From: Candidatus Berkelbacteria bacterium
GTDB lineage: Bacteria; Patescibacteriota; UBA1384; DTJR01
Assembly (NCBI GenBank): GCA_029865605.1
Contig: JAOUGE010000003.1
Location: 21,797 to 85,796, forward strand
Reading direction: 5' to 3'
Length of the DNA stretch: 64,000 bases
Under the pieces are notes generated by a model, which was given only the letters and a program-made list of their open reading frames with translations, did no database searches and was not told where the DNA came from. The translations under genes were made by a program, and so were the position numbers. Of the stretch, positions 1 through 9,847 are shown piece after piece; positions within the stretch are counted from its first letter, which is position 1; every line of letters begins with the position of its first letter.

Positions 1-34
1 GACCAATCCACAAGAAGAAAAAATAACTAGTTTA

Positions 35-709
35 ATGGAAAAACTCAATCTCGAGTTTAAAAACCCGGATCTTTTTAGGAATGCCTTCGTTCACAGATCA
101 TATTTGAATGAAAACAAGGATTTCAATCTAGAAAATAATGAAAGATTAGAATTTTTAGGAGATGCGGTATTAGAATTAGTCGTTACCGAGCACCTTTATG
201 AAAAATTTAAGATGCCGGAGGGGAAATTGACTGCGCTTCGCTCTGCTTTAGTTCGAGGAAAAAATCTCTCTTATATTGCGCGGAAGCTCAGGCTGCTAGA
301 TCACATTTACTTAAGTGCCGGGGAAAAGGCGGGGTCGGATAAGGCAAAAGATTTGATTCTCGCAAATTGTCTTGAGGCAGTAATAGGCGCGATTTACCTC
401 GACCTAGGATATGAACAGACAAAAAAATTTATCGAAAACAGCCTTCTTCCAACTTTAGATAAGATAATTGACGAAAAGCTTTATTTAGACGCAAAAAGTG
501 AGTTTCAAGAGAAAGTCCAAGAGGAAATGAAAGTCACTCCATTCTACAAAGTACACCAAGAGCAAGGGCCGGATCACAATAAAAGCTTTACTAGCGGAGT
601 CTATGTTAATGACGAGTTAGTCGCAACGGGCGACGGTGCATCTAAATCAGAATCAGAAGAAAGAGCAGCGAGAGCTGCTTTAGAAAAGCTATTCAATAAT
701 CCGGCGTAG
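35..709 (+). CDS. rnc: Ribonuclease III
   Basis: NERLEFLGDAVL signature, LEAVIGAIYLD, C-terminal dsRBD. Confidence 0.97.
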   Translation: MEKLNLEFKNPDLFRNAFVHRSYLNENKDFNLENNERLEFLGDAVLELVVTEHLYEKFKMPEGKLTALRSALVRGKNLSYIARKLRLLDHIYLSAGEKAGSDKAKDLILANCLEAVIGAIYLDLGYEQTKKFIENSLLPTLDKIIDEKLYLDAKSEFQEKVQEEMKVTPFYKVHQEQGPDHNKSFTSGVYVNDELVATGDGASKSESEERAARAALEKLFNNPA

Positions 710-1381
710 TTTTTTGTACTGCATATTAGCGCGAAATCTGGGCCAATCATTAGGCATCAGTTCAATCGGCAGGTTTGGTTCAGAATTCAGAATAAAGGCA
801 TAGTTTAAAATCATTTTTTTCGCTTCTAGTTTGTCTTTTAGAGTAATGACGTTTTCTGATTCATCAATGAACTCCTCATACATTTTCCTAAATTTTTCAA
901 AGTCCCAAATTTTTATTAATTCTTGATTTAATTCCGTCTGCTCGCAGATTAAAATGAGATAATTTTTAACACCTAATCTCTCTGCTATTTTGGAGATATT
1001 GCTCTTGCAATCCTTTGGCGACACCCAAAGACTATTAAGATAAGGCTTCAATCCGATAGATTCTAAATATCTTCTAAATTTATCCCTGATAAATCGTTTC
1101 TTCTCTGGAATGCTGAAGCTTACGAACCTCCACTTTCCGTCCCAATGCGACACTCCATTATGAATCACATCAAGAATCCTATTTAGGTAGCTAAACCCTT
1201 TTTCCGAGAGAGAGAAAAACACTAAGCCATCGATATTCTTTTTTACTATCAAGCCCATGGATTCCATTTTCCCGACTGTACCTCGAAACGTACCAGAGGG
1301 CCATAGCTTAAAATCTCGAAGAGATACAGAACCCTTTTCTTCTAAAATAACAAGCAGCTCATAAAGTGGACTTAATTTCAT
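689..1381 (-). CDS. PaaX-family transcriptional regulator (wHTH + WDGKW central domain + C-terminal P-LP-EL-P-DWP)
   Basis: HWDGKWRFVSFSIPE...R..L..IG...NSLWVSP and EPNLPIELMPNDWP motifs; start placed at ATG 1381 because the promoter lies at 1412-1441. Confidence 0.85.
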   Translation of the reverse strand: MKLSPLYELLVILEEKGSVSLRDFKLWPSGTFRGTVGKMESMGLIVKKNIDGLVFFSLSEKGFSYLNRILDVIHNGVSHWDGKWRFVSFSIPEKKRFIRDKFRRYLESIGLKPYLNSLWVSPKDCKSNISKIAERLGVKNYLILICEQTELNQELIKIWDFEKFRKMYEEFIDESENVITLKDKLEAKKMILNYAFILNSEPNLPIELMPNDWPRFRANMQYKKLRRIIE

Positions 1382-1411
1382 TTTGACCCCGTTGTGAGAA
1401 AATGTGAAACC

Positions 1412-1441
1412 ACTGTAGCAAAATTTACGATCGTAAGTCAA
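1412..1441 (-). promoter_or_regulatory. Sigma70-type promoter of paaX-like gene with palindromic operator in spacer
   Basis: Minus strand TTGACT-18nt-TACAGT with TG extension; perfect palindrome TTACGATCGTAA at 1425-1436. Confidence 0.6.
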
Positions 1442-1497
1442 CATCAAATTTTGATCGTAGGGTCAGATATACCGACTAGGCAAGTGGAGTTCAGCTA

Positions 1498-2427
1498 TTA
1501 AAAAACAAATGAATTAAATCCCCACTCGAGAAGCTTTTGGGTTTCGACTGCACTAGCTGCCTTGGTGTCATACTTTGTCTTTAAAACCACGCTGACCAGA
1601 GTAATCTCGTTTCTTGTGGCAGCACATACAAGAGTATGTCCGGCGCTATACGTAAATCCCGTCTTCCCACCGATAACCCCTGCAAGCTCTATCTCACCAT
1701 TAACTAATCTATTTGAGTTTTCTAAAGGATGAGATATTTGTTCGTCAACAGATTTAATTTCGATCTTCCCAGTCTTTATTCTTTTTAAAATGCCTTCGTT
1801 CTTTATCGCTTGAGAAAAAAGGATTGTCACCTCTCGAGCAGTAGAAAAACCGCTGTCATTCAAGCCGGCTGGATCCTTAAATCTAGTATCTACAAGCCCA
1901 ATTTCCTCGGCCTTTTGATTCATAAGCGATATGAATTCATCTTCTGTTGTCTTGGCGTTAGCTATCGCTTTAGCAGCATCATTACCCGAGTTAACCAGTA
2001 ATCCATACAGAAGATTGCCGTAAGTTATTTTTTCACCACTAAGAAGATTGATTTTTGAGCCTTCTACATTCAGATACTCCGGTTTTATTTCAACAACCTC
2101 GTCTTCTCCAAAGAGACCGGCGCTAACAAGCGCGGTCATAATCTTAGTTATTGAGGCGATAGGTACTCTAGTTCCCGAGTTTTTATCGTAGAGTACGTAT
2201 TTATTGGAGTTTAAAATCAAAACCGCTGATTCAGCAAGGATTTGAGGTTCTTTTGCTCCAGCCTTCATAACTGGTGGCTTCTGGGGAACCACGACTTTTT
2301 CTTTATAGTAATTAACGGATGAACCTAGAACTTGGCCGGTTTCGTCGCTAAAATATATAAATTTAGCAAGAAGACCAATGCCAACCAAAATAGTAACTAA
2401 CAAAAAAGAAATGATCGTCTTTTTCAT
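1498..2427 (-). CDS. D-alanyl-D-alanine carboxypeptidase (peptidase S11)
   Basis: SITK, SGN and KTG motifs; N-terminal membrane anchor. Confidence 0.93.
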   Translation of the reverse strand: MKKTIISFLLVTILVGIGLLAKFIYFSDETGQVLGSSVNYYKEKVVVPQKPPVMKAGAKEPQILAESAVLILNSNKYVLYDKNSGTRVPIASITKIMTALVSAGLFGEDEVVEIKPEYLNVEGSKINLLSGEKITYGNLLYGLLVNSGNDAAKAIANAKTTEDEFISLMNQKAEEIGLVDTRFKDPAGLNDSGFSTAREVTILFSQAIKNEGILKRIKTGKIEIKSVDEQISHPLENSNRLVNGEIELAGVIGGKTGFTYSAGHTLVCAATRNEITLVSVVLKTKYDTKAASAVETQKLLEWGFNSFVF

Positions 2428-2801
2428 GTCTTGGGGTGTCTCCCTTGCATTGAGAAAAAGATTTCAATTAAAAGCAGGGCTAAAAGAAACGATAAAATAC
2501 TAATAAAATTGATCACATTCAATGCCGAGAATGCACCTATACCACCAATAAGAATTGCTGTAAGGATAGATCTCCGTAAAGCGGTGTTAATAAAGCGACC
2601 ATCAGTGGTTTTTTTAGAAATATACTGGTATAAAAGCGTAAAAAAGAAAATCAAAGCTGACAAGGCTCCTACCCCAAATAAAAAAAACCCCGCCTTTGTT
2701 ACAGGCGAAGAGCTTAGGGGACTTGTATTAAAAATTATAACTAATTCCACTCCCAACAAAACTAAAAATATAGAAATTGCGATGAAAAATTTTTCTGTCA
2801 T
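2424..2801 (-). CDS. Hypothetical 4-TM membrane protein
   Basis: Four hydrophobic stretches; ATGA overlaps with both neighbours. Confidence 0.75.
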   Translation of the reverse strand: MTEKFFIAISIFLVLLGVELVIIFNTSPLSSSPVTKAGFFLFGVGALSALIFFFTLLYQYISKKTTDGRFINTALRRSILTAILIGGIGAFSALNVINFISILSFLLALLLIEIFFSMQGRHPKT

Positions 2802-3073
2802 TTTTCTATGAAAAAAACTCTGGGAAGGAACTTCGTTTCAAAAAAATTTTTCAAATATTCTGTTACTAGCTTACTATTCTGATTTATTCTATTCATATCA
2901 ACCTTATCTTCATCAAGAGATTCTATAAATACACTCGCTCTTCTCAAGTCTTCAGACAATACTACCTCAGAGACACAAACCAATCCAGTTTTATCAGCAT
3001 TTTCAGTAAAAAACTTACTCAAAGCTTTTTTTAAATAAGAAGTTAGTCTTTCTCTCCTTAGCGAGATTTCCAT
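2798..3073 (-). CDS. rbfA: Ribosome-binding factor A (short, divergent)
   Basis: RRERL...VSEVVLSEDLRRASVF...KFLPRVFF matches the RbfA KH fold pattern. Confidence 0.8.
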   Translation of the reverse strand: MEISLRRERLTSYLKKALSKFFTENADKTGLVCVSEVVLSEDLRRASVFIESLDEDKVDMNRINQNSKLVTEYLKNFFETKFLPRVFFIEK

Positions 3074-3078
3074 TTATC

Positions 3079-3453
3079 TTATCTTTTTTGCCATTGAGGA
3101 GCTCGACGAGCTCTTTTTAGGCCGGGTTTTTTTCTTTCCTTTTTTCTAGCGTCTCTAGTCATTAAGCCCTGTTTTTTAAGATTTTTTTCGAAATCCTGGT
3201 TTATCTTAGACAGTGCTCTGGCAATTCCTAAGATAGCAGCTTCTTTCTGAGAGATTTTACCGCCGCCCTTTAACACAAGGGTAACGTCAAAATTTTTAGA
3301 CTGATCGAGCAAATCAAAAGGCTTTTTGATCTCATCAAAATGTTTTTCGTCTATCTTACCGCCCTTCACTTCAATAAGGCCACTTCCCTTTTTGATTCTT
3401 GCTTGGGCGACCGCTGTTTTCCTTCTGCCGATTCCAAAATAGTATTTTTCCAT
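3079..3453 (-). CDS. rpsI: 30S ribosomal protein S9
   Basis: GRRKTAVA, ERKKPGLKRARRAPQWQKR. Confidence 0.97.
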   Translation of the reverse strand: MEKYYFGIGRRKTAVAQARIKKGSGLIEVKGGKIDEKHFDEIKKPFDLLDQSKNFDVTLVLKGGGKISQKEAAILGIARALSKINQDFEKNLKKQGLMTRDARKKERKKPGLKRARRAPQWQKR

Positions 3454-3800
3454 CAGCTACCTTTAAATTTAATTTTTTTAAGCCTGGGTTTTTTTAGCCT
3501 GTTATTAGGCAACATTCCGGCAACGACTGCTTTAAAATAAGACTTCGGATCTTTATCGATCAAATCCTGTGCTTTAATAGTTTTTAAATTTCCCAAATAT
3601 CCGCTGTGTTTAAAATAAGCCTTTTTAGAAATCTTCTTGGTATCAAGGGCAATGTCTTCAATGTTTTCAATAACAAGCTCAACTTCTACGACTTTATTTG
3701 CCGAGAAGGAGACACTGTCTTTGCCAAGCAATATTTTAGCTGCTTCTGAGGCTGCTCTGCCGATGGGGATATTTTTAACATCAAGCCTTACTGTCTTCAT
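3453..3800 (-). CDS. rplM: 50S ribosomal protein L13 (short)
   Basis: IGRAAS..AK.LLGK, Y..HSGY.G, AV.GMLP.N; position before rpsI. Confidence 0.93.
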   Translation of the reverse strand: MKTVRLDVKNIPIGRAASEAAKILLGKDSVSFSANKVVEVELVIENIEDIALDTKKISKKAYFKHSGYLGNLKTIKAQDLIDKDPKSYFKAVVAGMLPNNRLKKPRLKKIKFKGS

Positions 3801-4155
3801 TTTTCTTTGCTTTTTTATCTTTCAGTTGTTTAGATTCACTTTTTATAAGGATGACTTTCTCCAGCGGAGCACTGTCTCCGGACCTATATCCAAGTTTATA
3901 TGAAGTAATACCCGTAAAGACCCCCCCTTCATTAACAGCTTTCTTTTGCGCACCAGCATAGAGAAACAGCTTTATCTTCCTAATATCAGTTGCCTCGAAT
4001 TTGCTTTTCTTCAGGAATTCAATCATTCTAGACGCTTCCTGTTTTAATGTTCTAGCTTTATCTCGCGTTGTAATAATACTTTCATTTATAATTAAGCTAC
4101 TGAGCTGATTCCGTAGTAATCTTTGTGAATTCGACCTCGACTTTGAATGTTTCAT
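3781..4155 (-). CDS. rplQ: 50S ribosomal protein L17 (divergent)
   Basis: LLRNQ..SLI..ESI.TT..KA, R.GD.AP; follows rpoA. Confidence 0.88.
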   Translation of the reverse strand: MKHSKSRSNSQRLLRNQLSSLIINESIITTRDKARTLKQEASRMIEFLKKSKFEATDIRKIKLFLYAGAQKKAVNEGGVFTGITSYKLGYRSGDSAPLEKVILIKSESKQLKDKKAKKNEDSKA

Positions 4156-4898
4156 TTAGTTTTTTTACCTTTTTGTTTTTTCACTTTTAACCCGGGGAGT
4201 TGATCACAGGCGGTTATGACTATTTGCAAATGTTCACTCATAATTTGAGCCGCCGTTTGCAGGGCTTGGGCGGGTGAAACAGAGCCGTCGGTTGTTATTT
4301 CAATCGTCAATTTGTTGTAATTAGTCATTCCTCCCACTCGAGCATTTTCAACATCGAATCGCACCTTTTTTACCGGTGTGTAAACGCTATCAACCATAAT
4401 CGTTCCGATGGGCGCTTTTTCCTCAGTCCTTTTTTCAATCGGTACATAGCCTCTGCCTTTATCGATATTAATTTCTAGCTCAAGTTTCCCACTTTTTTCA
4501 ATCGTGCAAAGGTAGTAGGATTTATCCGTTAATTCAACCGATGCATTTTTACCAAAGTCATCAGCCGTCACTTTTTTGGGGCCCTTAATTGCAAGCTTAA
4601 GGCTGGCTTCGTCTGCTCCAACAAGCTTTAACCTCATGGCCTTCAAGTTTAAGACTAAATCAACTACGTCTTCTTTCACACCCTTAATCACAGAATATTC
4701 ATGATCCACGCCGTTAATTTTGATTGACTTAATCGCAAATCCCTCAAGAGAGGCAAGTAATATTCTCCTTAAAGTGTTCCCGACTGTTACACCATAACCT
4801 GGGGAAAGAGGTTCAATAGTAAAAACCCCTGTCCTCCCATCTTTTGAAAGTGCCGATTTTACCTCCAGCAAGTTGAGATCGGGTAATGTATATTCCAT
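4152..4898 (-). CDS. rpoA: RNA polymerase alpha subunit, NTD only (248 aa)
   Basis: EPL.PGYG.T.GN.LRRILL, HEYS.I.GVKEDV, TDGSVSP; no CTD. Confidence 0.96.
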   Translation of the reverse strand: MEYTLPDLNLLEVKSALSKDGRTGVFTIEPLSPGYGVTVGNTLRRILLASLEGFAIKSIKINGVDHEYSVIKGVKEDVVDLVLNLKAMRLKLVGADEASLKLAIKGPKKVTADDFGKNASVELTDKSYYLCTIEKSGKLELEINIDKGRGYVPIEKRTEEKAPIGTIMVDSVYTPVKKVRFDVENARVGGMTNYNKLTIEITTDGSVSPAQALQTAAQIMSEHLQIVITACDQLPGLKVKKQKGKKTK

Positions 4899-4910
4899 TT
4901 ATTCTCCTCT

Positions 4911-5504
4911 TTATCTTGAATAATATTCAATTATTAGTTGCTCATTAAATTGGGAAAAGCTATCTTTTTCCGGCTGTCCTATAACTTCAACGCCACTCTC
5001 TGCTGTCAATTTGAGCCAGCTGGGTAAGTCTTTTTGGCTTATTTTTTTATCACTTGGCTTGCTGGCTGATATTTTATCGTCTATCCCAGTCTGATAAGAG
5101 GGAATATCAACAGTTTTTCCATTAATTTTTATGCCTCCATGAGTAACCAGCTGTCTCGCCTGTTTCCTGGAGGAAGCAATTTTAGCCCTGAATACGATGT
5201 TATCGAGCCTTTTTTCAAGCAGCTCAAACAGTTTGGCTCCCGTCCTGCCCCGATCGCGCCGCGCAGATACGAAATAGTTTGTCATCTGCCTCTCGCTTAC
5301 GCCATAAATTGCCCTTGCTTTCTGCTTTTCAATAAGCTGAATTAGATAGTCTGAACTCTTTTTCCCTCTTTTTCTAGGCCCGGATTCACCCGGCGAGTAA
5401 CTGCGCTTCAAGAAAGGACAGGATGGTAAATTACACTTTTCACCTTTGAGAAAAAGCTTCTCTCCCACTCTCCGGCAAATTGAACATTTATCAGTATATT
5501 TCAT
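4911..5504 (-). CDS. rpsD: 30S ribosomal protein S4 (Zn-ribbon type)
   Basis: CSICRR.GEKLFLKGEKC, LE.RLDN.VFR, IIEYYSR; start at TGATG overlap with rpsK. Confidence 0.96.
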   Translation of the reverse strand: MKYTDKCSICRRVGEKLFLKGEKCNLPSCPFLKRSYSPGESGPRKRGKKSSDYLIQLIEKQKARAIYGVSERQMTNYFVSARRDRGRTGAKLFELLEKRLDNIVFRAKIASSRKQARQLVTHGGIKINGKTVDIPSYQTGIDDKISASKPSDKKISQKDLPSWLKLTAESGVEVIGQPEKDSFSQFNEQLIIEYYSR

Positions 5505-5893
5505 CAGACCCTTCTGGGTTTTTTGGCTCGACAACCATTGTGCGGTACCGGTGTTATATCCTTAATTGAGACTATTTTAACTCCTGCCGTAGCAATTGCC
5601 CTTAAGGCGGCGTCCCTTCCGGTGGACACCCCCGAGACAAAAATTTTAACCTGCTTTACCTGAAAATCTCTTAGCCTTTCAATTAGTAATCTCGTCGCTT
5701 GAGTCGCTGCAAAAGGCGTTGACTTTTTCGTACCCTTAAACCCCGCTTTACCAGTCGAGCTCCAAGCAAGAGTTTCTCCGCTCTCTGACGTTGCCGAAAT
5801 CATCGTGTTATTAAAGGAAGATTTAATATAAATTCTGGCGGACTCAACAACCCTAGCCGTTTTTCTTTTCTTTGTGTTGGTTTTTTTAGCCAT
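5504..5893 (-). CDS. rpsK: 30S ribosomal protein S11
   Basis: SSFNNT, KKSTPFAA, DITPVPHNGCR. Confidence 0.97.
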   Translation of the reverse strand: MAKKTNTKKRKTARVVESARIYIKSSFNNTMISATSESGETLAWSSTGKAGFKGTKKSTPFAATQATRLLIERLRDFQVKQVKIFVSGVSTGRDAALRAIATAGVKIVSIKDITPVPHNGCRAKKPRRV

Positions 5894-5896
5894 GGC

Positions 5897-6283
5897 TTAT
5901 GTCTTTTCAGCAGTTTTCTTCCTGCCCGATCCAACAGTCACCTTTTTCCCTCTTTTCGTTCTTGCATTAGTTTTTGTTCTTTGACCGCGAACAGGAAGAT
6001 TTTTGATGTGACGAGTCCCCCTATAAGAGCCAATATCTTTTAGCCTTCTGATATTTTGAGAGATGACCAACTTCAAATCACCTTCAACCTTTAACTTCTT
6101 CTCTATATTATTTCTAATTATTTCGATTTTATTTTCGGGGAGATTTTTAAGTTTTTCGTCAGCCGAGACGCCTGAGTCAACAAGAATCTTTTTAGCGGTG
6201 CTTTTACCAATGCCATAAATATGCATCAATGCAATTACCGCTCTTTTTTCCTCCGGAATAATAACGCCAGCAATTCTTATCAT
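5897..6283 (-). CDS. rpsM: 30S ribosomal protein S13
   Basis: RIAGV, IYGIG, YRG.RH...LPVRGQRTKTNART. Confidence 0.97.
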   Translation of the reverse strand: MIRIAGVIIPEEKRAVIALMHIYGIGKSTAKKILVDSGVSADEKLKNLPENKIEIIRNNIEKKLKVEGDLKLVISQNIRRLKDIGSYRGTRHIKNLPVRGQRTKTNARTKRGKKVTVGSGRKKTAEKT

Positions 6284-6285
6284 AT

Positions 6286-6414
6286 TTATCCCTGTCTTTG
6301 TTTGTGTCTGGGATTCTCACAACTAACATATACCCGCACCTTAAGGCTTTTTGTCCTTCGGCGGATAATTTTACATTTATTGCATATTCTTTTGACCGAG
6401 GCTCTTACTTTCAT
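6286..6414 (-). CDS. rpmJ: 50S ribosomal protein L36 (42 aa, not in ORF track)
   Basis: Hand translation [42 protein letters not shown]. Confidence 0.95.
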   Translation of the reverse strand: MKVRASVKRICNKCKIIRRRTKSLKVRVYVSCENPRHKQRQG

Positions 6415-6634
6415 TGTGATTTAGTCTTTTTACTATTCTTCCCTTGGTTAAATCATAAGGTGTCATTTCTAACTTTACCCAGTCTCCGGCAACGACCTTG
6501 ATATAATTAATCCTCATTTTGCCGGAAAGGTGGCCAAGAATTTCTTGGCCGCTTTTCAGCCTAATCTTAAATAAGGCATTTGGTAATGCCTCAATAACTT
6601 CTCCCTCAATCTCTATTATCTCACCCTGCGGCAT
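6377..6634 (-). CDS. infA: Translation initiation factor IF-1
   Basis: [30 protein letters not shown]. Confidence 0.96.
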   Translation of the reverse strand: MPQGEIIEIEGEVIEALPNALFKIRLKSGQEILGHLSGKMRINYIKVVAGDWVKLEMTPYDLTKGRIVKRLNHNESKSLGQKNMQ

Positions 6635-6681
6635 TCAACCTCTACTCACTCAAGCCTTTATAACAAAATAAGAATAACATT

Positions 6682-7431
6682 TCACATTCTATCTGTCAAC
6701 ACCCGAGAACCGGTACTTGTAACTAAAACAGTATGTTCGAAGTGGGCGGAAGTTGAGCTATCCTTTGTTTTCACAGTCCAGCCATCATCCGACGTTTCCA
6801 CCTCGCCGCTCCCTAAAGTAGCCATAGGCTCAATCGCAAAAACCATGCCTTCCTTAATGGTTTCACCAGTACACTGCCTGCCATCACACATAATAACCGG
6901 TTTTTCATGTATAGATTTCCCGATTCCATGACCAGAAAGAGCTAAAACGGGCCTTAAATCGTATTTCTTTAAAGTTTCCCCGATTACACTTTCGATATCA
7001 CCAATCTTTGCTCCGGGTTTCACAGCTCTTATAGCCTCCTGCAAGGCCTCTCTTGTCCCTTTTATAAGCCTAAGAGCATCCCCGGATGGTTTGCCAACAA
7101 AGACAGTCTTGGCCGTATCGGCAAAATATCCGTCATATTTTACGCCCAAATCAATACCAACAACATCACCTTCCTTTATCTTTTTTGCAGAAGGAATACC
7201 ATGAACAAGTTCTTCGTTAGTCGAAACGCAAATCGCCGCCGGAAAACCGTTATATCCCAAGAAGGCGGGCTCGCCTCCCCTGGCAGAAATCAATCTTCTC
7301 GCAATTTTCTCAAGTTCGATGGTTGTCCTGCCCGCCCTGATCTCTTTTGTAAGTTGCCTTAGGGCAAATTCAGCAATAGACCCCGCTTTAGTCATCGTTT
7401 TTATTTCTTCTTTCGACTTTCTTGAAATCAT
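6682..7431 (-). CDS. map: Methionine aminopeptidase type I
   Basis: HGIP, D.G...DGY.AD, GHGIG..IHE, AIEPM, SAHFEHT. Confidence 0.96.
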   Translation of the reverse strand: MISRKSKEEIKTMTKAGSIAEFALRQLTKEIRAGRTTIELEKIARRLISARGGEPAFLGYNGFPAAICVSTNEELVHGIPSAKKIKEGDVVGIDLGVKYDGYFADTAKTVFVGKPSGDALRLIKGTREALQEAIRAVKPGAKIGDIESVIGETLKKYDLRPVLALSGHGIGKSIHEKPVIMCDGRQCTGETIKEGMVFAIEPMATLGSGEVETSDDGWTVKTKDSSTSAHFEHTVLVTSTGSRVLTDRM

Positions 7432-7434
7432 CTT

Positions 7435-8715
7435 TTAAGCAGAAATATCCTCGTAAGAACGCATAACTAACTGTGCTTTCATCGATCTGACCATTTCGAG
7501 GGTTACCGAAACGATAATTAAAATCCCCGTGCCGCCAATAGCCAGGGTTTGAATATTAGTTAAGCTTTGCATTGCGAATGGAAAAACCGCAACAATTGAT
7601 AGAAAGAACGCCCCAGCAAACGTAATCCTGTATATTACCCTAGATAGATACTCAGCCGTTTGGTTACCAGGACGTATTCCCGGCACGAAGCCACCTTGTT
7701 TCTGAAGGTTTTCGGCAATATTTTTAGGTTGAAATATTATTGATGTATAGAAGAATGTGAAGAAGAAAACAAGAACAAAAAAGGATACCCCGTAAAAAAT
7801 ATCATTTGTTAAAATACTGTTCAAATTAGCCGCAAACGATTTTATATTTTCCAGCTTCGAGGTCTGAAGAAACTGCAATATCACACCCGGAAAAACAAGG
7901 AGGCTGGTGGCAAAAATTATTGGAATTACCCCGGCCGCATTGGCTTTAATCGGAAGATAAGAATCAATCAACCCAACTGTTCTCCCCGCTCGAACCCTCC
8001 GGGCATAACTGACAGGAACACGACGCTCAGCCTCATTCATCCAAACAATAAAAGCTACCATCAAAACAGATAAGATTAATATCTCTCCACCAACTAAAAA
8101 TTTATTGCTGACGATTTGGGATGTAGCCGATACTTGAGAGGGTATACCAGCTAAAATTCCAACAGCAATAAGAAGGGAGACGCCGTTGCCGATTCCATTC
8201 TCGCTTATTATTTCGCCTAGCCACATTAACAAAACTGATCCAGCTGTCGCCACTACCATAATTAACCCAAGCGACGTTAGATCGAGCTCTTCAATTACAC
8301 CCTGCCCCTGTAAAAGTCTTATTAATCCATAGGATTCAACTAAGGCGAGAGGAACGGAAAGATATCTAGTGTATTGATTTATCTTTTGGCGGCCATATTC
8401 GCCTTCTTTCTGGAGCTCCTCAAGAGAAGGCACGGCAACTGTCAAAAGCTGAATTACAATGGAGGCAGTGATATATGGGCCGACACCGAGCATAACAATT
8501 GAAAAACGGCTTACAGAACCGCCAGAAAAAAGGTCTAAAAGGCCTAAAATCTGATTATTTTCGAAAAAACTAGCCAGCCCGGCAGCATTAACGTGAGGCA
8601 AGGGGACATGAGCCAATAAACGAAATATTACTATTAGAAGAACTGTAAATAATATCCTGTTGCGAAGATCTTTAAGCTGAAATATTCTTTTTAAAATACC
8701 AATTGCTTTATTCAT
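7435..8715 (-). CDS. secY: Preprotein translocase SecY
   Basis: [44 protein letters not shown]. Confidence 0.97.
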   Translation of the reverse strand: MNKAIGILKRIFQLKDLRNRILFTVLLIVIFRLLAHVPLPHVNAAGLASFFENNQILGLLDLFSGGSVSRFSIVMLGVGPYITASIVIQLLTVAVPSLEELQKEGEYGRQKINQYTRYLSVPLALVESYGLIRLLQGQGVIEELDLTSLGLIMVVATAGSVLLMWLGEIISENGIGNGVSLLIAVGILAGIPSQVSATSQIVSNKFLVGGEILILSVLMVAFIVWMNEAERRVPVSYARRVRAGRTVGLIDSYLPIKANAAGVIPIIFATSLLVFPGVILQFLQTSKLENIKSFAANLNSILTNDIFYGVSFFVLVFFFTFFYTSIIFQPKNIAENLQKQGGFVPGIRPGNQTAEYLSRVIYRITFAGAFFLSIVAVFPFAMQSLTNIQTLAIGGTGILIIVSVTLEMVRSMKAQLVMRSYEDISA

Positions 8716-9136
8716 TCTCAGCTTTCTTCACCTTAAAAGAAAGCGGTTTACTAAATAAAACGTCCTCCCTCAAAGAGGATTTAAATTCCTCTCGGCCTCT
8801 TACAATTTTTATTTTTCTAATTTTCTTGGCGCTTTGAGTGTCAAGCTTTTCTAGAATTTCTTTTTCCCCTATTATGCTCCCCGCCTTAAACCAACTATTT
8901 AATTTGTCCGTAGTCAGTGTTAACTGACCCGAACCACCTCTTGCCTTAAAGCCCTTTGCCTTCGGTAACCGCATCCCAATGCTTGTTTGGCCGCCCTCGA
9001 AAAAACCGGTTCTTCTACCTGCCCTTGATTTCTGCCCGCTCATTCCTCTACCAGCAGTCTTTCCCCTACCACTGGATGTACCACGACCAAGACGCTTTCT
9101 TCTTTTAACAGTTTTGACAACTTTCAAATTAGTCAT
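8708..9136 (-). CDS. rplO: 50S ribosomal protein L15
   Basis: [25 protein letters not shown]...RLPK.KGF. Confidence 0.94.
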   Translation of the reverse strand: MTNLKVVKTVKRRKRLGRGTSSGRGKTAGRGMSGQKSRAGRRTGFFEGGQTSIGMRLPKAKGFKARGGSGQLTLTTDKLNSWFKAGSIIGEKEILEKLDTQSAKKIRKIKIVRGREEFKSSLREDVLFSKPLSFKVKKAENE

Positions 9137-9575
9137 AACCTGCCTCTAAAAGACCTTCTAGGGTCGCTCTGGCTGTATTTATTTTATTTGACGAGCCCAA
9201 AGACTTAGCAACAAGATTTCTAATACCGGCGAGTTCAGCAACAGCCCTGACCACACCGCCGGCTATGATTGATGTTCCTTCAGGAGCAGGCCTCAACAAA
9301 ACCTTCGATGAGTGAAAAGAAGACAGAACCTCTTTTGAGATAGTGCCGTCCTTATTGATTTTGATATTTTTCAAATTTCTTTTGGCCTGGGACGTCGCCT
9401 TTTGGATAGAAACTGATACATCATTGGCTTTTCCGATTCCGATACCCGCTCTGCCAGACTTATCGCCCACAATAACAAGCGCCCTAAAACCAATTCTTTT
9501 CCCACCCTTAACAGTCCGGCTTACCCTGTTCAGCTCAATTACCTTTTCCGTAAAAATATCTTTCCGTTCTTCCAT
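9129..9575 (-). CDS. rpsE: 30S ribosomal protein S5
   Basis: [28 protein letters not shown]. Confidence 0.96.
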   Translation of the reverse strand: MEERKDIFTEKVIELNRVSRTVKGGKRIGFRALVIVGDKSGRAGIGIGKANDVSVSIQKATSQAKRNLKNIKINKDGTISKEVLSSFHSSKVLLRPAPEGTSIIAGGVVRAVAELAGIRNLVAKSLGSSNKINTARATLEGLLEAGYD

Positions 9576-9577
9576 CT

Positions 9578-9844
9578 TTAAAACTCCAATCCACTTTCTC
9601 TCAAGCCTTCAGCGAATGCTTTAATATTACCGTGATATTTTCTTTTGCCTCGGTTGTATAAAACGGTTTTGGCTTTTAGTTTCATAACTAAACCGGCAAA
9701 ATCCTTACCAAATTCAAACGATTGCTCTACTGGTTTCTTGCCTGTTTTATACAAATATCTCTTAGAAAATAAAACGCGGCTCGAATCTCTAAGCTGGGCA
9801 TAAATTGCCGAAGATGACCTGTGAACCAGAATTTCTTTTTTCAT
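9578..9844 (-). CDS. rplR: 50S ribosomal protein L18 (N-terminally truncated)
   Basis: V.RS...IYAQ, NRG.RKYHG.IKAFAEGLRE.GLEF. Confidence 0.9.
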   Translation of the reverse strand: MKKEILVHRSSSAIYAQLRDSSRVLFSKRYLYKTGKKPVEQSFEFGKDFAGLVMKLKAKTVLYNRGKRKYHGNIKAFAEGLRESGLEF

Positions 9845-9847
9845 AAA

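Noticed and set aside
689-1381. Cas2-like central domain suggesting CRISPR-Cas
   Set aside because: Full PaaX architecture; no cas genes or repeat-spacer array in the window
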